Positions 38,089-47,556 of a stretch of DNA of 64,000 bases are shown here, one piece after another (positions within the stretch are counted from its first letter, which is position 1; every line of letters begins with the position of its first letter). The translations under genes and the position numbers were made by a program. Source of the stretch: a virus; the IMG/VR virus record IMGVR_UViG_3300033146_002242, positions 32,001 to 96,000 of that record; one strand, 5' to 3'. Under the pieces are notes generated by a model. That model did not search any database, was not told where the DNA came from, and was given only the letters and a program-made list of their open reading frames with translations.

Positions 38089-39204
38089 ATGAAATATATT
38101 GATGTCTTAAAAGAAAGTTTGCAGGAAGCTGATGTTACAAAAACATCTGATATTTTAGGTCCTATGGTTGAACCAATTCTTGGTTATGATGGTGATGGTG
38201 ATTTAGTTACACATAAAAATGCATCTGACATTCTTAAAAAATATTATTTTGAAAATGATAGTGATGGAATTGTCACTTTAGATGATAATACAAAAACTGT
38301 TACAGATGGTGAACCTGACCAATCTAAAATTGATAAAGTTAAAAAAACAGTTGAAGATATAATTAAATCGGATGATGAAACTAATCAACCAACTGAAAAA
38401 ACTTTAAAAGAAATGGTTTCTAATTTAGAAGATATTTTAATTGGTGATGAAGATTCTTTATCTGAGAGTGACTCTGTTGTTATAAATGTTGAAAATTTAT
38501 TAGCTGAAGATTCATCCGTTATTAATCAATTAGAATCTTTATTAGAAGAAGAATTAGATGCTGGTTCTAATGGAACAAAAGAAAATGATGACAAATCAGT
38601 TGAAGATGAAACTAATGAAGCAAGTAAAGATGTTATTATTGATAAAGATACAAAAGTAAAAAGAGAAGCAGATGAATCAGAATCTTCTGATGAAGAAAAT
38701 GATGAAGCCGATGAAAAAGAAACAACTGAAGATGGTGAAGAAAAAACACCTTTAGATGTTGATGAAAATTTAAAAGAAATGGATATCATCGAATCAATGC
38801 TTCAAAATGAATCTGTTGAAACAGCTGATTTTATTTTGAATGATATTGAAACTATTCTTGGTGAACAAAATGAACTAGTTTCATATGAATCACCTATGAC
38901 TAGTGCAATTGAAGATGAAAATGATATAGATACAAATAATCCTATGCATGGTAAGGTAACAACTGAAAGTTTGGAAGATTCTATTCTTGAATGGTTAATT
39001 ATGGAAATTGAAGATAAAGCTGATAGTAATGACGAGGTTGTAACTGAATCGAATCTTGAAGAAGGTGAAATTGCTATAGAAGAAGATATTTTATCAGAAG
39101 CTTTATCAATTTTTGATAATGATGAAGAAATATCTTCTGATATGCCAGATGAATTAAATGATTTTAAAGTTTCAAAAATTGATAGTTCCAAAATTCGTGT
39201 TTAA
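38089..39204 (+). CDS. Highly acidic protein, probable prohead scaffold/core
   Basis: Extreme D/E content, repeated LxE motifs, upstream of portal. Confidence 0.55.
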   Translation: MKYIDVLKESLQEADVTKTSDILGPMVEPILGYDGDGDLVTHKNASDILKKYYFENDSDGIVTLDDNTKTVTDGEPDQSKIDKVKKTVEDIIKSDDETNQPTEKTLKEMVSNLEDILIGDEDSLSESDSVVINVENLLAEDSSVINQLESLLEEELDAGSNGTKENDDKSVEDETNEASKDVIIDKDTKVKREADESESSDEENDEADEKETTEDGEEKTPLDVDENLKEMDIIESMLQNESVETADFILNDIETILGEQNELVSYESPMTSAIEDENDIDTNNPMHGKVTTESLEDSILEWLIMEIEDKADSNDEVVTESNLEEGEIAIEEDILSEALSIFDNDEEISSDMPDELNDFKVSKIDSSKIRV

Positions 39205-39221
39205 GTAAATTTTTAATAAAG

Positions 39222-39262
39222 ATGGGGGGTAATTATTGTGATAGATAATTACCCCCATTTTT
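39222..39262 (+). terminator. Intrinsic terminator
   Basis: atggggggtaattat/ataattacccccat hairpin plus T-run. Confidence 0.7.
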
Positions 39263-39286
39263 TTATTTAAGGGTGGCTATATAAAG

Positions 39287-39748
39287 ATGATTTTATATAT
39301 TAGACAAGCTGGTTGTAATCTAAGATATAACGGGAAAAATTATCGAACACCTATTAAATTAGTTGTGTCAGCTGGTGAAAGATCTACTTTAATAAATATT
39401 TTAAAATATAAATCAATTGTTGATTATGAATTTATTGAAAAGGATAAATCAATTGATAAAATTCCTAGAGATGAAAAGAATATCGCAAATGTAACACAGA
39501 GAATGAAAAAATTTTTACAAGTTACAGATGTTAAAGATAAGAAATTATTTGACACACAATCTATTAATAAAAGAAATGTTTTAACCAGTAGAGTGGTTGA
39601 TAAAATCGAGGTTTTTAATGGGAAAAATATAAAAAAAGAAACACAATCACATAATAATGAATATCATAGTACAATTGAAGATGAAGTTGATATTGATATT
39701 GATTTATCAACAGATGATATTTTAAAACAACTATTAGATAATATCTAA
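39287..39748 (+). CDS. Hypothetical protein (paralog of 8670..9185)
   Basis: Shared N-terminal ~50 aa and acidic-LL C-terminal tail. Confidence 0.7.
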   Translation: MILYIRQAGCNLRYNGKNYRTPIKLVVSAGERSTLINILKYKSIVDYEFIEKDKSIDKIPRDEKNIANVTQRMKKFLQVTDVKDKKLFDTQSINKRNVLTSRVVDKIEVFNGKNIKKETQSHNNEYHSTIEDEVDIDIDLSTDDILKQLLDNI

Positions 39749-39766
39749 ATAAGGGAGTTAATTAAG

Positions 39767-40168
39767 ATGAGCAAAGATGAAAAGTTATGTCAAATAAATA
39801 TTTATAGAAAAGATAGTGATACACCAATTATTTTATATGACAAAACTGAATTAACAGATGAAGAAATATTATCACATTTAGAAACAGTTTTTTCATCACC
39901 AAAAATATCAGTTATTTCTACAAGTAGTGAAACTTTGATTATAAAACCTAGTCAAATTGATGCAATTGGTGTTATTAATAATATTGATTTGAAAAGACGA
40001 AAAAAATTAATTAAAAAAGATTCCAAAGCAGATTCATTAAAAAAAGTAACTGAACCAGTCACTGATTTAGTAACAATAGAAGTAGCAGATAATACTGATA
40101 TAAAAGATGATAATGAAATAGAACAAATAGATATTGGAACAATCAATGGTGAAATAAATGATGATTGA
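39767..40168 (+). CDS. Hypothetical protein
   Basis: GGGAG RBS, 133 aa. Confidence 0.7.
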   Translation: MSKDEKLCQINIYRKDSDTPIILYDKTELTDEEILSHLETVFSSPKISVISTSSETLIIKPSQIDAIGVINNIDLKRRKKLIKKDSKADSLKKVTEPVTDLVTIEVADNTDIKDDNEIEQIDIGTINGEINDD

Positions 40169-40589
40169 TAATTATTGGTTATATATTTGTATTGTTATTA
40201 TTTTGGAAATAAACGTATATACAATTATATCTATTTTTAATAAAAAAAATAATTTAAATTATTCTATTGAAAGACTAAAAATTTTTGAAAAATATGAAAC
40301 TTTATTGGCTTTATATACTGAGAAAGCATACCAAGTAATATACAAAGATCATATTATGGTATATTCTGTAGAAGGAATGTCACCAAAAGAAGAAGATATT
40401 GTTGAAATTCAAAAATTATATTTATCATTATTATTAGAAATAATGGGACCTAAATTAGTAAATGAAATGTTGAATTATTATGGCAATGATGATGCATTGT
40501 ATAAAAATGCATTGATTTATTTTGATTCAGAATATGAAAATGATGCTATAAAAAAATCTGCTATTGATAGACAATTATCTCAAGATTAA
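40158..40589 (+). CDS. Hypothetical protein with N-terminal TM helix
   Basis: YWLYICIVIILEINVYTIISIF. Confidence 0.7.
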   Translation: MMIDNYWLYICIVIILEINVYTIISIFNKKNNLNYSIERLKIFEKYETLLALYTEKAYQVIYKDHIMVYSVEGMSPKEEDIVEIQKLYLSLLLEIMGPKLVNEMLNYYGNDDALYKNALIYFDSEYENDAIKKSAIDRQLSQD

Positions 40590-40591
40590 AA

Positions 40592-40834
40592 ATGAACATA
40601 CAAGAATTTTTAGATATTATACAAGAATCAAAAAAAACATCGAGGCGAGTTGTTACTTATTCAAGAAAAACAAAAATTAAACGTGCAACAGGCCAGATGT
40701 CAACAGCATTAGCAAGAAAGAAAAATGATCCAATGTATAAACGAATGATTTATCATAAAAAGCAATATCTAAAATTACGAGATGCATTACATAGAAGATA
40801 TGCATCGAAAGTCCGACAACGGGCCAGAAGATAA
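40592..40834 (+). CDS. Small basic protein (possible head/DNA-binding)
   Basis: R/K-rich 80 aa immediately upstream of portal. Confidence 0.65.
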   Translation: MNIQEFLDIIQESKKTSRRVVTYSRKTKIKRATGQMSTALARKKNDPMYKRMIYHKKQYLKLRDALHRRYASKVRQRARR

Positions 40835-40848
40835 GGAATTTATATAAT

Positions 40849-42756
40849 ATGGTTGATTTTAATAAAACATTTAATGATATAAAATCTTTATTAATTGGGG
40901 TAAAAACCACTAATATAGATAATAAACTGGATACATCTATAAAAGATATTTTATCATATAGAAGTAATTCAGGTAGAGTTGGATATATAGATTATTTACA
41001 AACTCTTATATCTAAATCTGCTACTGGAATTGAGTCATTTAAAAATTTAAATGAGTTAAATTTTGGTGGCACAGGTATGATGGGGCGTGAACATGGTCAA
41101 CGAATTGCTCGATATCAAGCATATGAATCTATAACCCAGTATATAAATTATTGCACCAGAGCGTTGGCGGTGTTAGTTGATAATATATTATCACCAGATG
41201 ATATAGATAAAATTGCTTTGAATGTAAAAGAAAAAGATGTTAGTGGTAGTGATGCAGAATCAGATGCAAAAAATAAAGAAATAAAACAATTAATAAAAAC
41301 ATTAAATATAGAAAAAAATATTGAGATGCTTGTAAAAACAACATTGCATCATGGTGATTTTTTTGCAGAAATAACTGATACAAAACATGTTTTCACGTCC
41401 AAAACTATGCTAACAGAAAGTGAAGATATAACTAATTCAAATACTGAAGTTTTTCAGGAATCGATTCAGTATGTTACTGATACTGCTATTGATAAAAAAA
41501 TATTAAATAAAGATTTAAAAGTTATTTTAGATTTTCAATCGATTGATGATATTACAATAGATGATGAAAAGAAATCAAAAGATCATAAACATATTGCTAG
41601 TCAAAATGTAAAAATAGTATACCACAGAGCTAGTCAAGTAGTAAAATTACAAAGTGAATTGTATCCAATTTGTTTTGGTTATTTAGTATTTCCAAGATAT
41701 ACTCTTAGACAATCATTATCAGTAGAGGAACAATATATAAATAATATTTGTAAAAAAATATTAGAAGGTATTAAAAAAAGGGGAATTGAATTAAAAAATT
41801 TAGATGCTCAAACAAATGAAGATTTAAAAGATATTATTTCTAAATTTATTAAAAGTTCAAATCTTCATGAGAATATGACCATTCGTTATGTGGAACCTGA
41901 TAAAATGCAACATTTTATGGTTCCAAGTTTAAAATATTACCCATATGGTGAATCAATATTTGATGCATGTCAATTTACTGCAAAACTTGTTATTTCTTTA
42001 GAAACAGCTTTAACAATTCAAAGAATTAGTCGATCTACTGAAAAAAGAAAAATTGCTGTTGAAATTGGGTTGCCACGTGATGCTGCTAATCTTATTCAAA
42101 AAATGAAAGAAGCATTTAAGAAAAGAAAAATTTCAATTGATGATTTTGGAACTGTTGATACTATTCCATCAAATATATCTACATTTGAAGATGTTTATAT
42201 ACCACAGAAAGATGGTAAACCATTTGTTGAAATTGATTCATTTGATGGAACTGGTCGTGCTGATATATCTGGTAAAACTGATGAAATAATGGTGTTGATT
42301 TCTCAATTAGTTGCTTCATTAGGTGTGCCTAGACAATTTATTGGAATAGAAGAAAATACAACTTGGAAAAATACATTGTCAGAAGAAAATATTTTATTTG
42401 CTAGAACTATAATTAAACATCAAAAATATTTAAATGAGCAAATAACAGAATTAATTTATAAAGTATATAAAGTAATCGATCCTGATTTTGCATTAGATTT
42501 TAAAGATAGATATGTTATAAGTTTTTCACCACCACAAAGTTTACAATTTGAAAGACAGAGTAAATATATAAGTGATTTAAGTAGTATGGTTAGATCACTT
42601 GAAGAAATAGGTGTACCAATAGAATATTCAAGAGAAAAATTTATTAATCAGATTGATTGGGTTGAAGTAGCAAATTATAAAACTAAATCAAAAATTAATA
42701 AATTGACTGGTGAAGAAAATGATGAAGAACAAGGTGGTATGGGAGGAAGTTTTTAA
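40849..42756 (+). CDS. Portal protein (T4 gp20-like)
   Basis: TTLHHGDFF, YPYGESIF, RISRSTEKRKIAVEIG, EDVYIPQKDG, SLGVP. Confidence 0.88.
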   Translation: MVDFNKTFNDIKSLLIGVKTTNIDNKLDTSIKDILSYRSNSGRVGYIDYLQTLISKSATGIESFKNLNELNFGGTGMMGREHGQRIARYQAYESITQYINYCTRALAVLVDNILSPDDIDKIALNVKEKDVSGSDAESDAKNKEIKQLIKTLNIEKNIEMLVKTTLHHGDFFAEITDTKHVFTSKTMLTESEDITNSNTEVFQESIQYVTDTAIDKKILNKDLKVILDFQSIDDITIDDEKKSKDHKHIASQNVKIVYHRASQVVKLQSELYPICFGYLVFPRYTLRQSLSVEEQYINNICKKILEGIKKRGIELKNLDAQTNEDLKDIISKFIKSSNLHENMTIRYVEPDKMQHFMVPSLKYYPYGESIFDACQFTAKLVISLETALTIQRISRSTEKRKIAVEIGLPRDAANLIQKMKEAFKKRKISIDDFGTVDTIPSNISTFEDVYIPQKDGKPFVEIDSFDGTGRADISGKTDEIMVLISQLVASLGVPRQFIGIEENTTWKNTLSEENILFARTIIKHQKYLNEQITELIYKVYKVIDPDFALDFKDRYVISFSPPQSLQFERQSKYISDLSSMVRSLEEIGVPIEYSREKFINQIDWVEVANYKTKSKINKLTGEENDEEQGGMGGSF

Positions 42757-43368
42757 ATGATTGATTTAGCAGCTAAAATTAAATATATTTTAGAACAACA
42801 AAAACCAAAAGAAGATGAAGAAATACCAGATGATCAAATGGATGCACCGCCTAGTGAAGATGAAACTATGCAACCCACTGATAATACTGATAATACTGAA
42901 CCTGTAGAAAATCAAGAACCAATTGAACAGCCACAGCCAGATGAACAACAAATGGGTGATCCAAATCAACAATATGGTGGTGGTATGGGTGGTGAACAAC
43001 CAATGTCACCAGATATGGGTGATATGAATGATCCTATGGAAGGACCATCCTTAGAACAAATAGGCAGAAGTTTTGAATTAAAAAGAATATATGATAGATT
43101 ATTATCTATTAGAACACATTTATCTATTTTTGTTGAAGATGAATTCGATGAATTAAAAAAAACAATATCAAAAGCTATTGATTTATTTGATTTAATGATA
43201 AGTAATTATAAACAATATGAAGATAAAATTGATGATATTATTTTATTATATTATAATTTTATTAATGAAATATATGAAATAGCTAAGAAGAAATATAGAA
43301 AATATACTAGAGATAAAAAAAGTCAAAAATCGCCTTTTGAATCAAATATAGATAACGAATTTAAATAA
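42757..43368 (+). CDS. Hypothetical protein with acidic Q/P/G low-complexity N-half
   Basis: 203 aa directly after portal. Confidence 0.7.
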   Translation: MIDLAAKIKYILEQQKPKEDEEIPDDQMDAPPSEDETMQPTDNTDNTEPVENQEPIEQPQPDEQQMGDPNQQYGGGMGGEQPMSPDMGDMNDPMEGPSLEQIGRSFELKRIYDRLLSIRTHLSIFVEDEFDELKKTISKAIDLFDLMISNYKQYEDKIDDIILLYYNFINEIYEIAKKKYRKYTRDKKSQKSPFESNIDNEFK

Positions 43369-43371
43369 AAA

Positions 43372-44004
43372 ATGATAGAATTTTCTGATGCAAAGCAGTA
43401 TTTGCGGTATCCTGGTTTTCGATTTATGAATACTAAAGGGCCGTATTATATTGTATATATGAGTGAAAGTTCTGATTTTATGAAAGATAAACCACGATTG
43501 AATTTATATTTTTTAGATTTTAAAGATATTATTATTAGAAATACTGTTTTTCCTAGGACTTATTTAACAGGAAGAATGATACAGGAATACCGTGAATCAA
43601 ATTTAATTGCACATAAAAAAAAGAAACAAATTAATAAACAAAAAAATATTATATATGAACCTAATATTTTTTTTGATAAAATTGACAAAGAATATGAAGA
43701 ATACCATACATATCGAAATCATAAAAATGGAAAGTTGGTATATAATGAAATTAGGAAAGCCTTTAGTAATATAAGAGGATATCGAAAAATATTTTTATAT
43801 GCAGTTGATGTTGATAAATGTAAAAAAGTATATCAAAATAGAAAAATATTTTTGTTTTTTGATGATTTAAAAAATAAAAATATTTATTTTGATGATATGA
43901 TAATGGTTTTATTTAAAAATAATAAAACTATATATAAAATTCTTATTAAAAATAAAGAATATAATTATAATAGAATTTATGAATATATTCGATATTTAAA
44001 ATAA
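43372..44004 (+). CDS. Stand-alone paralog of the RNAP beta N-terminal extension
   Basis: Aligns by eye over its whole length to the first ~205 aa of 58422..62549. Confidence 0.8.
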   Translation: MIEFSDAKQYLRYPGFRFMNTKGPYYIVYMSESSDFMKDKPRLNLYFLDFKDIIIRNTVFPRTYLTGRMIQEYRESNLIAHKKKKQINKQKNIIYEPNIFFDKIDKEYEEYHTYRNHKNGKLVYNEIRKAFSNIRGYRKIFLYAVDVDKCKKVYQNRKIFLFFDDLKNKNIYFDDMIMVLFKNNKTIYKILIKNKEYNYNRIYEYIRYLK

Positions 44005-44018
44005 TTGGAGTATTAATT

Positions 44019-44705
44019 ATGTCAAAATTTATTATAGAACAAGCAATTATACAAGAAGCAGAAATTGTTAAAACTGATGATAAAAAAAATAAAGCTATAT
44101 TTAGGTGTATTATTCAAACAGCAGATGAACCTAATAAAAATAGGCGGGTATACCCAAGATCTGTATTAGAACAAGGTATGAATGATTGTAAAGAAAGAAT
44201 GAAAGCAAGAGCTTTTTTAAGTGAATTAGACCATCCAATTCCATCTGGTAATAGACAATTTGATGCTATTAGACAAACATCAGTAATGTTAGATGAAGTA
44301 TGTCATATGATTACTGATTATCAATTTGAAGGGAATTTATTAAAAGCTGAAATGGAAACAACCTTAACACCCAAAGGATATATTTTATATGGTCTTTTAA
44401 AAGATAGATCTGGTATAGGATTTTCTATGAGAGGTATGGGTGATTTGCAAATGGTGGCTGGTTATAAAAGTGTAAAATCACCTTTGACTATTATATGTTA
44501 TGATGCAGTTTCAAGACCATCTCATAAAGCAGCTGTGGTTGATTTTAATAATATGAAATTTGAATCTGAACAATTGTGTAATTTAAATACTTTAACTGAA
44601 TCAGATAATGGTTTAATTTGTTGTGGTAATCAATGTTATTTACCAAATTATTTTGATAAATTAGTCGAATCAAGATTAATTAAATTTTTTGATAAATGGG
44701 TGTAA
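44019..44705 (+). CDS. Prohead protease (T4 gp21-like)
   Basis: NKNRRVYP, FLSELDHP, GIGFSMRGMG, YDAVSRPSH. Confidence 0.92.
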   Translation: MSKFIIEQAIIQEAEIVKTDDKKNKAIFRCIIQTADEPNKNRRVYPRSVLEQGMNDCKERMKARAFLSELDHPIPSGNRQFDAIRQTSVMLDEVCHMITDYQFEGNLLKAEMETTLTPKGYILYGLLKDRSGIGFSMRGMGDLQMVAGYKSVKSPLTIICYDAVSRPSHKAAVVDFNNMKFESEQLCNLNTLTESDNGLICCGNQCYLPNYFDKLVESRLIKFFDKWV

Positions 44706-44730
44706 AATAAATTAGTCAAGGAGAATTGAA

Positions 44731-45030
44731 ATGGAAGTAAGAATAGCTAGTCAAGTGGCTGAATTTAATAAAAGTTTAGATGATAAATACAGATTAAAAG
44801 AAATAATCAGAGAAATACATGATGTGTGCATATCTGATATTCATTTTCAAAATGATCAACTTCAAAAAATTATTGATGATTTAGAAAAATCAAAAGAAGC
44901 TATCAAATCAAAAAAGATTGTTTTAAATGAATCAATTAAAGCTGTTGATGAAATAAAAAAACGAAATACACAATTAGAAATTTTTATAGATGAAACAAGG
45001 GAAAAATTATTAGAAGATTTAATGGGATAA
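44731..45030 (+). CDS. Coiled-coil hypothetical protein
   Basis: AAGGAG RBS, heptad pattern. Confidence 0.65.
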   Translation: MEVRIASQVAEFNKSLDDKYRLKEIIREIHDVCISDIHFQNDQLQKIIDDLEKSKEAIKSKKIVLNESIKAVDEIKKRNTQLEIFIDETREKLLEDLMG

Positions 45031-45044
45031 ACGAGGATTAGATT

Positions 45045-45464
45045 ATGATAACCAAAATAACGAATATTAGTGATGTTAATTTATATGTTGTCGACCCAAT
45101 AAAAGCAAAAGAGAATCTTGCAACAAATATTATTTCTTTAATGGGACCAATGGTAGATGAAACTATTAGAGAAAGAAAAGAAAATTTAAAAAAGAATAAT
45201 CGTCAATTAAAAATGATAGTAAATAATATTGATGAAATGAAAGAGCAATTACAGAATTTAGTTAATAAGTACAAAAGATTAAAATTAAAAAAATCTTTAT
45301 TAGAAATTATTGATAAATTAATTTCATCTGGTCTTATTTATCAGAGTACATTAACAGTCGAAGTTAAACAAATTTTGATGAATATTGATAAATTGAAAGA
45401 AAAAGAATTAACAATATATTATAAAAAATTATCTCTTGTGTTAGATAAGGAGTCTAACACTTAA
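45045..45464 (+). CDS. Coiled-coil hypothetical protein
   Basis: 139 aa, heptad pattern. Confidence 0.65.
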   Translation: MITKITNISDVNLYVVDPIKAKENLATNIISLMGPMVDETIRERKENLKKNNRQLKMIVNNIDEMKEQLQNLVNKYKRLKLKKSLLEIIDKLISSGLIYQSTLTVEVKQILMNIDKLKEKELTIYYKKLSLVLDKESNT

Positions 45465-45510
45465 AGATGGTATGCTTTAATATCATCTCCATTTTCTCTC
45501 CTTTCTCCTT

Positions 45511-45550
45511 ATCTCCCCCTTTTGATAGGTGTCAGTCAAAAGGGGGAGAT
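45511..45550. terminator. Hairpin terminator
   Basis: 15 bp IR atctccccct-tttga/tcaaa-agggggagat. Confidence 0.65.
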
Positions 45551-45645
45551 ATCTTTGTTATTGTAAAATCATATCTTTGCTATATATATCAATAATTGTT
45601 ATGAGTATTTTATATATTATTTTATAAACAAAAAAGGGGGTTATA

Positions 45646-45966
45646 ATGGATGATAGTGAAAGATGGTATTATATAAAAAAAGGTAGAAGATATGAACGAG
45701 TTGAGATGTGGTGTGGATTTCCAACTGATGGAGTCTGGATTGTAAAAAATGCACCGGGTGTAAAATCATCTAGACTTATGTTGCAATTAACATCTGATCC
45801 ATATCATATACATGACATAATTAATAAAGCAATTACAAAAGATAAAATTGCTGAATTAGTTATAGATGTTTTTTCAAGAAAAGTAGAAAAAGCAAGATCC
45901 GTGGCAGATATAGCTGATGAAGTAGGGGAGAAAATATGGGATGCTTTGCAAGAGGAGAATAATTGA
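45646..45966 (+). CDS. Hypothetical protein
   Basis: 106 aa, AAGGGGG RBS. Confidence 0.65.
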   Translation: MDDSERWYYIKKGRRYERVEMWCGFPTDGVWIVKNAPGVKSSRLMLQLTSDPYHIHDIINKAITKDKIAELVIDVFSRKVEKARSVADIADEVGEKIWDALQEENN

Positions 45967-46700
45967 TGACAAGTTTGGGAGATAGAATGAAAGGGTATGA
46001 GAAAACTTTTTCTCATAAATTAATGAAACGAAACCCAATTATTATTAGATTAGATGGTAAAGCGTTTCATACTTTTACAAATTATTTAAAAAAGCCATTT
46101 GATTATCGTTTTATTATCAGAATGATAATGGCTGCAAAAAACACATGTAATCAAATACAAGGGTTTAAATGTGCTTATGTACAAAGTGATGAAATTTCTA
46201 TATTGTGTACTGATTATGATAAATTAGAAACAGAAGGATGGTTTGATTACAAAATTCAAAAAATAGCTTCTATTTCAGCTGCATTTATGTCGGTTGAATT
46301 TATAAATAATGATTTTATAAGAAATGTTATACAAAAATACCATATTAATAATTTACCTGTTTTTGATTCAAGAGTATTTTCAATCCCAAAAGATGAAGTT
46401 GTTAATTATTTTTTATGGAGATCTAGAGATTGGAAAAGAAATAGTATTCAAATGTATGCAAGAAAATTTTTTTCACATAAGGAATTGCAAAAAAAGAAAC
46501 AGGAGGATATACATGAGATGTTACATAAAATAGGAAAAAATTGGACAACTGATTTATCAAATACTATTAAAAATGGAACATTTTTTAAAAAATATGATAA
46601 CATAGAAGAAAATCAAACATATCGTTCTAAATATTATACTTCTAATATAGTTATGCCAACATATGAGTCAATATCTATTTTTATGGAAGGTTTGTTTTAA
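45963..46700 (+). CDS. thg1: tRNA-His guanylyltransferase Thg1-like 3'-5' polymerase
   Basis: IIRLDGKAFHTFT, YVQSDEISIL, FDSRV, YFLWRSRDWKRNSI. Confidence 0.92.
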   Translation: MMTSLGDRMKGYEKTFSHKLMKRNPIIIRLDGKAFHTFTNYLKKPFDYRFIIRMIMAAKNTCNQIQGFKCAYVQSDEISILCTDYDKLETEGWFDYKIQKIASISAAFMSVEFINNDFIRNVIQKYHINNLPVFDSRVFSIPKDEVVNYFLWRSRDWKRNSIQMYARKFFSHKELQKKKQEDIHEMLHKIGKNWTTDLSNTIKNGTFFKKYDNIEENQTYRSKYYTSNIVMPTYESISIFMEGLF

Positions 46701-46721
46701 ATAAAAAGAAGAAAATATAAA

Positions 46722-46910
46722 ATGGATAAAAATTTTGATACATCAAAATTGGGGTTTATTAAATGTTTATTTAAACCTGATTATACTACATGTGATAAAT
46801 GTAATAAATCTCATAAACAATTATATTATAGAAGAATATCATTTGAAGATGGTGAATATTACTGTTATGATTGTATATTAAAAGAAAAAGAATTATGTGA
46901 ATTTGAATGA
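46722..46910 (+). CDS. Small zinc-finger protein
   Basis: CDKC ... YCYDC. Confidence 0.55.
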   Translation: MDKNFDTSKLGFIKCLFKPDYTTCDKCNKSHKQLYYRRISFEDGEYYCYDCILKEKELCEFE

Positions 46911-46929
46911 AAAGTAGGTAAATAGGTAT

Positions 46930-47006
<77 letters not shown>

Positions 47007-47102
47007 TAAATAAAAAGGTATTTGTTATATATAAAAATGAAGAAATTGTACATAAAAAATTGTATTATTTTAATAACCGAAAAATATATAGGAGATTCCT
47101 AA

Positions 47103-47312
47103 ATGTTTAACTCAACACCATATATATTTTCAAGTTTGAAAGCAACTGATTTTATTTGTAAAGGATATTCAATTGAAACGGGAAAAAAATGGGTCCCTGT
47201 TGTAAAAACATTGACTGATGATAATGGTATGAAAAAAATATATCGCCCTTGTTGTGTAGATGATCTGGACGAAGCTTCAAAAGATTTTCAATACCATCAA
47301 GTAAATTTATAA
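47103..47312 (+). CDS. Hypothetical protein
   Basis: AGGAG RBS, 69 aa. Confidence 0.55.
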   Translation: MFNSTPYIFSSLKATDFICKGYSIETGKKWVPVVKTLTDDNGMKKIYRPCCVDDLDEASKDFQYHQVNL

Positions 47313-47320
47313 TAACAAAA

Positions 47321-47367
47321 ACATGCCAAAACACCTTATATATATTATATAAGGTGTTTTGGCATGT
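47321..47367. repeat. Perfect 22 bp inverted repeat with 3 nt loop
   Basis: acatgccaaaacaccttatata-tat-tatataaggtgttttggcatgt. Confidence 0.9.
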
Positions 47368-47476
47368 AGATGAACTATATTATTTTTTTTATTTATTATT
47401 TAAGATCACATCTTAAATAATAAATGTACTTTGTATATAATAATTTTTATATAACTTCATTTTTTATTTTTTCTGG

Positions 47477-47489
47477 GAACATAAAATTG
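47477..47489 (+). promoter_or_regulatory. Candidate late promoter GAACA-N6-TG of major capsid gene
   Basis: GAACA TAAAAT TG, 68 nt upstream of the ATG. Confidence 0.6.
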
Positions 47490-47556
47490 AATAGAAATAT
47501 TGAGTGTAGAAAAGTTCTACTTTTATTTAATTTTATATGTTTTTGGAGGAAATAAA

